This document shows, in pieces, positions 46,234 to 53,212 of a stretch of DNA of 64,000 nt. This DNA is from a virus, in IMG/VR virus record IMGVR_UViG_3300037504_000618, positions 1 through 64,000 of that record, one strand, 5' to 3'. Numbering within the stretch: the first letter of the stretch is position 1; each line of letters opens with the position of its first letter. The notes under the pieces were generated by a model. It was not told the origin of the DNA. It saw nothing but the letters and a program-made list of their open reading frames with translations, and ran no database searches. Made by a program: the position numbers and the translations under genes.

Positions 46234-46916
46234 AGCTTTTTCCGGGGGCGCTGGTTGTGGTGCACCAGGAGGAAGTGGAAGACTACGGCGTGCTGGACGC
46301 TGAGTTACTTGCGCACCCGCCGGAGGTGGCCGGGATCGCGCCGTTGAAGAATTGGATCTTGGACAACGTGCCGGATGAGACGGTCTTTATCGTGGACGAC
46401 GACATCAGCATGCTCAAGGCCATGGGCGGCCGACCTCGGAAGTCGGCGCCGATCCGTGATCCAGCGGTGATCCGTCAGGTCGTCGAGAACGCCGCGCAGG
46501 CGGCCCGGGTGCTGGGCACGCCGGTCTTCGGCTTCAATCAGAACGGCGGCGACGTGCGGAAGTTCAGCAATCAGGACCCTGTCGGGATGAGCGGGTGGGT
46601 CGGGGGCGCGATGGGCATCATCGGGCGCGAGCTGCGCTATGACTCCAATCTCAAGCTCCGAGCCGACATTGACTTCTGCTTGCAGGCGCAGCTTCGCTTT
46701 CGCTGCATCTACTCTGACCTGCGCTTTGCCTTCGTCGAGCAGCGCTTCAACAACACGGGCGGTAACGCCCACATGCGCAGCGCGGAGCGGAATCGGCGCG
46801 AGCTGGCGTATCTCAAGCAGAAGTGGGGGCGCTGGATCAGCCTCCGCGAGGGCAAGGGGACCGTGATGATCAAGGTCCACGTCAAGCGGCGGCAAAATCT
46901 GGTGATAATTTCGTGA
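46179..46916 (+). CDS. TAGT/GREB1-like GT-A glycosyltransferase
   Basis: MRIVIPSRKR, EEVEDY, KNWILD..FIVDDDI, DIDFCLQ, NTGGN and LKQKWG. ATG at 46179. Confidence 0.75.
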   Translation: MRIVIPSRKRVNACRDVLKLFPGALVVVHQEEVEDYGVLDAELLAHPPEVAGIAPLKNWILDNVPDETVFIVDDDISMLKAMGGRPRKSAPIRDPAVIRQVVENAAQAARVLGTPVFGFNQNGGDVRKFSNQDPVGMSGWVGGAMGIIGRELRYDSNLKLRADIDFCLQAQLRFRCIYSDLRFAFVEQRFNNTGGNAHMRSAERNRRELAYLKQKWGRWISLREGKGTVMIKVHVKRRQNLVIIS

Positions 46917-46920
46917 GCTT

Positions 46921-46957
46921 TCGTGCTTGACAACCAAAGTTTCCTGTGAGAGAGTGA
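46921..46957 (+). promoter_or_regulatory. Repeated promoter/operator P5
   Basis: TCGTGC-TTGACA-ACCAAAGTTTCCTGTGA-GAGAGT-GA. Confidence 0.8.
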
Positions 46958-46989
46958 GAAAAGTACAAACTATCTCATAGGAGGTTGCA

Positions 46990-47622
46990 ATGGAAGGGAG
47001 TTATCGGCCATACACACAAAACGGTTACCCGTTGGGGGACGTGATCAGCGCTCTGCAAAAGGACATCCGGCGGGGCAACGAGGAACAGGCGTTGTACTGG
47101 TGCTTGGAGCTGTTGCCGCGATACGAGATGTATCTCTGGCGGCGGCTGATGGTGATCTGTAATGAGGACATCGGCCTCGGTAACCCGGATATCCTAGTCC
47201 AGATCCCGATGCTGCGGGCGCAGTATTTCGAGTTTCGTGGGTTGGGCAAGAATGGAACGTGTCGGCTGATTTTGGCTAATGCCATTATGCTGATGTGCCG
47301 GTCGCCCAAGGCGCGCACGGCGGATCACTTTCAACGGGTGGTCACGCAGCAATGGGTGGAGGACAGTCGGGCCAAGCAGACCCGCCCTATCCCGGACTAT
47401 GCTTTCGACAAACACACTAATAAAGGGAAAACGTTGAAGCGGGGCTTTGATCATTGGTTGGACGTAGGCTGTCAGTTGGACGACCCCGCCGAGGTTGAGG
47501 ATCCGTATCAGGAGCGCGCGGAGGCACTGTGGCGCAGTGGGAAAAACGACGCGCCGGAGTGGGGCAAACGCCGGAAGCGCAAGGATGATGATGTCACGCA
47601 GTTGAATCTGTTTAATAGTTAG
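46990..47622 (+). CDS. Stand-alone RarA/MgsA C-terminal-like domain
   Basis: DVISALQKDIRRGNEEQALYW, WRRLMVICNEDIGLG, SPK and IPDYAFDKHT. No Walker motifs. Confidence 0.8.
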   Translation: MEGSYRPYTQNGYPLGDVISALQKDIRRGNEEQALYWCLELLPRYEMYLWRRLMVICNEDIGLGNPDILVQIPMLRAQYFEFRGLGKNGTCRLILANAIMLMCRSPKARTADHFQRVVTQQWVEDSRAKQTRPIPDYAFDKHTNKGKTLKRGFDHWLDVGCQLDDPAEVEDPYQERAEALWRSGKNDAPEWGKRRKRKDDDVTQLNLFNS

Positions 47623-47647
47623 CTAGTCCGTCAGTGGCAGTGATCCC

Positions 47648-47687
47648 GGGACGATTCACCTCTAAGGTGAATCGTCCCCTTTTTTTA
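47648..47687 (+). terminator. Intrinsic terminator
   Basis: GGGACGATTCACCT-cta-AGGTGAATCGTCCC followed by a T run. Confidence 0.85.
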
Positions 47688-47704
47688 TCTTATAGGAGGT
47701 TGCG

Positions 47705-48115
47705 TTGAAGAAAAGATTGGGAATATCGTTGTTAGTTGCCGTTTTGATGTCGGTTATGGCCGTGGGCGCGGTAGCAGCGCAAGGAGAGCCTCCTATCGCC
47801 GGGCCGGATAATCCCACGGATTTGCTGGCCGTGTTGGGGTGGCTGGCTGCCGGTGGCGCAGGGCCGGCAATTGCCTTCGCGTTGAATAAGCTGCCGTGGT
47901 TCCGGGCTATCGAAAACGACAATGTTAAGTTGGGCATTGTGGTTACCTGCGTCGTGATCGTGCCGTTGACGGCGAAGGTCGCGATTGACTTGGTGCCTCC
48001 GCACATTTGGCCTCTCGTTCAGCCCTACTGGGCCACGGCGGTGGGGGCGTTGCTCCTCGGCTGGCCTGCTTCGCAGATCACGTTCGAGACGTTTATTAAG
48101 CCGAAGAAGGGATAG
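47705..48115 (+). CDS. Holin-like membrane protein
   Basis: AGGAGG RBS, 3-4 hydrophobic helices and a basic C-terminus. Confidence 0.55.
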   Translation: MKKRLGISLLVAVLMSVMAVGAVAAQGEPPIAGPDNPTDLLAVLGWLAAGGAGPAIAFALNKLPWFRAIENDNVKLGIVVTCVVIVPLTAKVAIDLVPPHIWPLVQPYWATAVGALLLGWPASQITFETFIKPKKG

Positions 48116-48117
48116 GT

Positions 48118-48516
48118 GTGGAAGCTGGCGGCGGTTTCGATACGTTTATAGAAATCGCCAACGGGATAACGGCTCTGGCCCTCTCGTTGGCCTGTCTCTA
48201 TGCTTTTTTTAAAGGGCTCGTTATCCCTGCGCCAGTCGTGGAGGCCATTATTCAAAAGACTGTTGCTGCCGTCTTGAAGGAGACGCGCGAAGATTATGAG
48301 CAAATGCTCATGGAGATGATGGCTGAGATCACGGCGCGCACCCTGAAGGCCATCGACGAGATGGAGCGTGAGCAAATGACGGCGATGCAGCGCAGTTTGA
48401 AGGAGCTCCGCGAGTTCCTGGAACGCGAGATGGATCGTGCGGAATGGCGTGAGCTGCGCCGTCAGACCAGCCCGTTAGATACAGGGATACTTGAAAGGAG
48501 CGCTAAAGATGACTAA
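48118..48516 (+). CDS. Single-TM coiled-coil protein (lysis accessory/holin-like)
   Basis: One N-terminal TM helix followed by a coiled coil. Confidence 0.5.
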   Translation: MEAGGGFDTFIEIANGITALALSLACLYAFFKGLVIPAPVVEAIIQKTVAAVLKETREDYEQMLMEMMAEITARTLKAIDEMEREQMTAMQRSLKELREFLEREMDRAEWRELRRQTSPLDTGILERSAKDD

Positions 48517-49231
48517 AAATCCGGCTACATTAGCAACGCAAGTTTCCAGCGCTATTGGGACTTTGGACGCTGTACGTGATGGACTTTTTCAACTGGCTAC
48601 GGAAGGGGCGGAAGAGCAAATTCGCCGTCCTCCCGCATTCTGGCAACGCGACCGGCTGCGTTGGGCGTCACATCAGTACGCGCGGCAGTGTGGCGGCTGG
48701 CATACGATTGAGAGCGCCGGTTGCCTGGTCTGCTGCGTCTCCATGCTGGCGGCCTGGGCGGGATATGACACGGATCCCAAACGCACGGCGCAGGGCTTGG
48801 ACGAGGCCAAGGCTTTTGTAGGGGACAATCTGAGTCACCCTTCGCGCGTTGAGGAAGTTTTCCACACGCTGCGCTGGCATCATAATGCCGACCTTCTGGG
48901 GAAATACAGCTCCTACATTAACTGGCGCAAGGCGGCGGTGGATCTGGAGGCCCTGCAAGCATTACTCAGGGAGTATCCGGTGACGGTCGAGGTGGATATG
49001 TCGCCGGGAGGCGCGGTGCAGCAGCATTTCGTTCTAGCGTATGAGTATGTGCCTGATCCTGACGGGGGACTCTATGACGATCTCCTGATCGCGGACCCCT
49101 GGACCGGGGGCTATGGCTCCATCCTGGATTATTTCCATCCGGCGTGGTTGAGCTGGTGTGAGCGCGTCTCGATTACGCGCGTACAGCGGGCGGTCACCGG
49201 CGCGCGGGTGTGGGAGGTCCTACCGTTCTGA
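48509..49231 (+). CDS. C39-like papain-fold peptidase, candidate endolysin
   Basis: WQRD..W..SAGCLVCCVSM, QHFVL and IADP (Cys-His-Asp). GAAAGGAG RBS. Confidence 0.7.
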   Translation: MTKNPATLATQVSSAIGTLDAVRDGLFQLATEGAEEQIRRPPAFWQRDRLRWASHQYARQCGGWHTIESAGCLVCCVSMLAAWAGYDTDPKRTAQGLDEAKAFVGDNLSHPSRVEEVFHTLRWHHNADLLGKYSSYINWRKAAVDLEALQALLREYPVTVEVDMSPGGAVQQHFVLAYEYVPDPDGGLYDDLLIADPWTGGYGSILDYFHPAWLSWCERVSITRVQRAVTGARVWEVLPF

Positions 49232-49452
49232 TGAGCAGGCTCAGGCTAACACGCTTACAGCGTGAGGAAGAGAAAGCACAGGAGTGGTTGGGCGTCCTCA
49301 AGAAACTGGAGGCTCAGGGCCACGTCGAGCCGTGGCGCGCGGAGATTATCCGCCTGACCGCCGATATCTATCTGGGTTCAGAGCGCGTGGCTTATCTGCT
49401 GCGCGCGCTTGATTGGATCCAGATGCATGGAGTGGCTGACGCATGTACATAA
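49231..49452 (+). CDS. Hypothetical protein
   Basis: TGATG coupling. Confidence 0.55.
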   Translation: MSRLRLTRLQREEEKAQEWLGVLKKLEAQGHVEPWRAEIIRLTADIYLGSERVAYLLRALDWIQMHGVADACT

Positions 49453-50630
49453 CAGTTTTTGGGCTTGGACGCGCCGGAGCAGTGACTGCGGCACTATTAG
49501 CTCATCTTGGCCATAATGTCTATGGGGTGGATACAGATTTAGACAAGTTAGCCCTGTTGCGCTTGGGGCGCATTCCATTCTATGAGCCAGATCTTTCGCA
49601 GTATGTCTATGAGGGATTGGACACCGGTCGCCTTAGCATTACGACGGATGGAGAAGATGCTGTAAGACACAGCGAGTTTTCCTTGATCTGTGTGGGAACG
49701 CCCAACTGTGATGGAGGTGTAGAGTTATCTGCCGTCTACAATGTTTTGGAGACCATCGGCAAGGCATTGCGGGAGCACACTACGTATCACGTGGTAGTTT
49801 TGCGTAGCACGGTGCCCATTCCTGAATTGGATAAGCTGCTTTTGCACCTAGAGATAAAATCCCGACTTGAAGTAGGACAAGACTTCGGTTTTTGTGTCAA
49901 TCCTGAATTTCTCCGTGAGGGTAGCGCCATTAAGGATTTCCTTAATCCGCCCTTTGTGTTGATTGGGCAGGAGAATAAGCGTGCCGGAAAACGCCTGCGT
50001 GAACTTTACAATGTCATTATGGCTCCTCAGATTATGACCGATTATCGCACCGCTATGTTGGTGAAGTACGTGTCTAACGCCTGGCATGCGTTGAAGATCG
50101 TCTTTGCTAATGAAATCGGGGGGATTGCTAACGCGCTACATATCGCGCCCCAGGAAGTGATGGGTGTTGTTACACAGGATACCATGCTCAATGTTTCCCC
50201 GGCTTATATGCGTCCAGGGGGGCCGTATGGCGGATCCTGCTTGCCTAAAGATCTTACCGCCTTACTGCGCATGACGATGGTGCAATCCCCCGTTTTGGCC
50301 GCGATTCCCCAGAGCAATGCTCTGCACATCTTGGACATTATTGAGCGCATTTTAGCGAGCGGGCGGCAACGCATTGGCGTTGTGGGGCTCAGTTTCAAGC
50401 CGGACACCGACGACTTACGCGGCAGCCCTTGGGCCGCCGTCGTCGATGCTTTGCTCAAGGCCGGTCGTGATGTGAAGATCTATGATCCTGATGTCTCCCA
50501 TGTTATGGCCGGACGCTATCGTGACATGATGGTCGAGGAGTTTGATGATCTGGAGGCTTGGGCCGAACAGCTATTCTACGCCAAGCCGGAGCTGGTACCC
50601 AATTCAACACAGGAGGAAGTTGGTGACTAG
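49443..50630 (+). CDS. UDP-glucose/GDP-mannose 6-dehydrogenase family (AlgD-like)
   Basis: GLGRAG, CVGTP, RSTVP, NPEFLREG, KYVSNAWHALK, LNVSPAYMRPG, GGSCLPKD and FKPDTDDLRGSP. Confidence 0.93.
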   Translation: MYITVFGLGRAGAVTAALLAHLGHNVYGVDTDLDKLALLRLGRIPFYEPDLSQYVYEGLDTGRLSITTDGEDAVRHSEFSLICVGTPNCDGGVELSAVYNVLETIGKALREHTTYHVVVLRSTVPIPELDKLLLHLEIKSRLEVGQDFGFCVNPEFLREGSAIKDFLNPPFVLIGQENKRAGKRLRELYNVIMAPQIMTDYRTAMLVKYVSNAWHALKIVFANEIGGIANALHIAPQEVMGVVTQDTMLNVSPAYMRPGGPYGGSCLPKDLTALLRMTMVQSPVLAAIPQSNALHILDIIERILASGRQRIGVVGLSFKPDTDDLRGSPWAAVVDALLKAGRDVKIYDPDVSHVMAGRYRDMMVEEFDDLEAWAEQLFYAKPELVPNSTQEEVGD

Positions 50631-50937
50631 TAATCAGGAAGAAATAAGGCGGTTGCGAGTAGCTTCGCTACACTTACGCGGTTTGACCCCTTTAGAAATT
50701 AGCTCTGCCCTCGGACCGGATATGCCGGCTGACGTCGAGACGGTCTGTGAGGATATTGCTTATCTGGAACGCATTTGGACAACAGAGGTCAAGCCGACCC
50801 AGCGTCACTTGGCACGGATGCTCGCGGAAACCCGTGAGGCCCGACGTGTAGCTTGGGCTAAGGCGGATATGAGTTTGGTATTGGATTTAATCAAGCAAGA
50901 GGCGAAGCTATTGAGGATAGACACGCTTCTATTATAA
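50623..50937 (+). CDS. HTH protein
   Basis: RRLRVASLHLRGLTPLEISSAL..VETVCEDI. AGGAGG RBS before GTG. Confidence 0.6.
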   Translation: MTSNQEEIRRLRVASLHLRGLTPLEISSALGPDMPADVETVCEDIAYLERIWTTEVKPTQRHLARMLAETREARRVAWAKADMSLVLDLIKQEAKLLRIDTLLL

Positions 50938-50971
50938 GAAACGTCTGCTAATGGAAATTAACGGCTGTTTT
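50938..50971. repeat. Site G: 14-6-14 core, third arm degenerate
   Basis: GAAACGTCTGCTAA-TGGAAA-TTAACGGCTGTTTT. Only AAAACG remains 53 bp downstream (51025). Confidence 0.75.
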
Positions 50972-51062
50972 ATTTCGCGTAATCATGCGATATCGAGGGG
51001 GAAAAGCGGAACCTCTCCCGGAATAAAACGCACAATTGTTACATATGGGGAGTTGAGGGGTT

Positions 51063-51656
51063 GTGGAGGATGATCGGAGCACGGCATTTCCGGCCAACGA
51101 AAAGACGCCGGGGCAGCGCAAGAGTCGCACTGCCTATCAGAAGTTTAGCGACCAGTTGGAGTCTTTTCCGTGGATGGAAGAGTATTTGGAGCTACGTCAA
51201 ATGGAACTGCGAGGGCGCAAGCTGGACTGGCGCAAGGCGGTCTACGTCGCGTGGGCCAGCATGCCTACGCCCAGACGCCAGCCGGAGACGCAGGATGAGC
51301 TGGCGACGCAGGTCTTGGGGCTTAGCTCCTATCGCACGATCAGCCGGTGGAAGAAGAAGTACCCGGAGCTGGAGGAGCTGGTGGCCGAGCGGCAGGCCGC
51401 GCCGTTGCTCAAGTATCGGGCGGACGTGTTCGAGGCGCTGGGCCAGGTGGCCCGTATGCCTGACCCGAAGGCCCATCGGGACCGCAAGCTTTTCTTGGAG
51501 ATGTCGGGGGACTATAGCCCCCGCAAGGCCGTCGAGGTGACCGGTGAAGATGGTGAAGCTGTTCAACAGGTGGTGGCTTTTGACCTTAGCGATATCCCTT
51601 CTGACATCCTACGGCATATCGCCAACGGCAACGCAGATCACGAGCCTGAAGACTGA
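51063..51656 (+). CDS. terS: Terminase small subunit (HTH)
   Basis: TQDELATQVLGLSSYRTISRWKK and VEVTGEDG tail. Upstream of TerL. Confidence 0.75.
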   Translation: MEDDRSTAFPANEKTPGQRKSRTAYQKFSDQLESFPWMEEYLELRQMELRGRKLDWRKAVYVAWASMPTPRRQPETQDELATQVLGLSSYRTISRWKKKYPELEELVAERQAAPLLKYRADVFEALGQVARMPDPKAHRDRKLFLEMSGDYSPRKAVEVTGEDGEAVQQVVAFDLSDIPSDILRHIANGNADHEPED

Positions 51657-53103
51657 AGCGCGCCGCGAGTTGGCCCGCCGGCACCTCGTGGACTTCACCT
51701 GTTGGACGTATCCGCAGTACGTGGACGACCCGGCACACTGGCTGATCGCGGAGCATCTGGAGAAGGTGCTCACGGGCCAGATCAAGCGGCTGATGATCTT
51801 CGCCCCTCCGCAGCATGGGAAGTCGGAGCTGGTCTCTATTCGTTTCCCGGCCTTTTGGCTAGGGCACCGGCCCGATGACCCCGTGATCTTGGCTTCTTAT
51901 GGAGCCAGCCTAGCGGAGCGGCATAGCAGTGAGGCACGGGCGGCGGTGGAGAGTCAGGAATATCAGGATATCTTCACCGAGACGCGCACGCGGCAGGACA
52001 GCCGATCCAAGCAACTCTGGCGTATCCAGGATCATCGCGGGGGGCTATTAGCCGCCGGTGTAGGTGGCCCTATCACGGGCCATGGGGCTGTGCTGGGCAT
52101 CATTGACGACCCGTTTGAGAACTGGCGGCAGGCGCAGTCCCTCACGGTGCGCAATCACGTCTGGGATTGGTGGCGGGGTACATTTAGGACGCGGATCTGG
52201 GAGGACGGCGCGATTATCCTGGTGATGACGCGCTGGCATGAGGATGATCTCGCGGGGCGGCTCTTATCGGAGCAGGGCGACCGCTGGACCGTGCTCCGGC
52301 TCCCGGCGATTGCTGAGACGCAGGAGGATCGCGATAAGAGCAATGCGTTGCTAGGACTTCCGACAGGGGAGCCCGACCCGCTAGGCCGTGCGCCGGGCGA
52401 GGCGCTGTGTCCGCAGCGCTTCAGCACGGAGGCGCTCACGGTCATTCGCTACGATGTGGGCAGCATGGTCTGGTATGCGGAATACGTGGGCGTGCCCCGG
52501 TCGCCGGAGGGGAACAAGTTCAAGCGGTCGTGGTTTGAGGGACGGATGGTTGAGGCGGTGCCCTCCGAAGGGCGGCGGGTGCGCTATTGGGACAAGGGCG
52601 GGACGCAGGGCGGCGGCGATTATACCGCCGGGGTGTTGATGGTGCTGCACGAGGGGCGGTTCTTCGTCGCGGACGTTGTCCATGGGCAATGGTCTGACTA
52701 CGAACGCGATAAGACGATCAAGGCCACGGCTGAATTGGATGGCGTGGAGACCGTGACGTGGGTCGAGCAGGAACCGGGCAGTGGTGGGAAGGATTCAACA
52801 AACGCCACGATCCGCAAGCTGGCGGGCTTCAACGTGCACGCGCATCGGCCCAGTGGGGATAAGGAAGTCCGAGCCAGCCCCTTCGCGGCGCAGTGCGAAG
52901 CGGGGAACGTGTTCCTCAAGCGCGCGCACTGGAACGCGCAGTATCTCGCGGAGCTGACAGCCTTCCCCAACGGCGCGCACGATGACCAGGTGGACGCCAG
53001 CAGCGGCGCGTTTAACCGGCTGGCCCCAGCGGGGGGACAGTCTTATTTGGATTGGATGAAACAGCGCGTTGCGAAGGAACAGGAAGCGCAACAAGGGAAT
53101 TAA
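51544..53103 (+). CDS. terL: Terminase large subunit
   Basis: PPQHGKSE, IIDDP, MTRWHEDDLAG and HDDQVDA. The true start may lie slightly downstream. Confidence 0.95.
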   Translation: MKMVKLFNRWWLLTLAISLLTSYGISPTATQITSLKTEARRELARRHLVDFTCWTYPQYVDDPAHWLIAEHLEKVLTGQIKRLMIFAPPQHGKSELVSIRFPAFWLGHRPDDPVILASYGASLAERHSSEARAAVESQEYQDIFTETRTRQDSRSKQLWRIQDHRGGLLAAGVGGPITGHGAVLGIIDDPFENWRQAQSLTVRNHVWDWWRGTFRTRIWEDGAIILVMTRWHEDDLAGRLLSEQGDRWTVLRLPAIAETQEDRDKSNALLGLPTGEPDPLGRAPGEALCPQRFSTEALTVIRYDVGSMVWYAEYVGVPRSPEGNKFKRSWFEGRMVEAVPSEGRRVRYWDKGGTQGGGDYTAGVLMVLHEGRFFVADVVHGQWSDYERDKTIKATAELDGVETVTWVEQEPGSGGKDSTNATIRKLAGFNVHAHRPSGDKEVRASPFAAQCEAGNVFLKRAHWNAQYLAELTAFPNGAHDDQVDASSGAFNRLAPAGGQSYLDWMKQRVAKEQEAQQGN

Positions 53104-53199
53104 CGGATGTTTTTATGAGAGTTTACGGAGGGTTTTTGGGCGTGAAAACGCGCGTAATCAGGGGAGAAATAACCGATAATGCCTATTAACGGCTATTTT
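53100..53199. repeat. Composite site F (reverse arrangement)
   Basis: TTAACGGATGTTTT (53100-53113, contains the terL stop), 52-bp gap, GAAATAACCGATAA-TGCCTA-TTAACGGCTATTTT (53166-53199). Confidence 0.88.
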
Positions 53200-53212
53200 T
53201 ACGGGGGGCACA

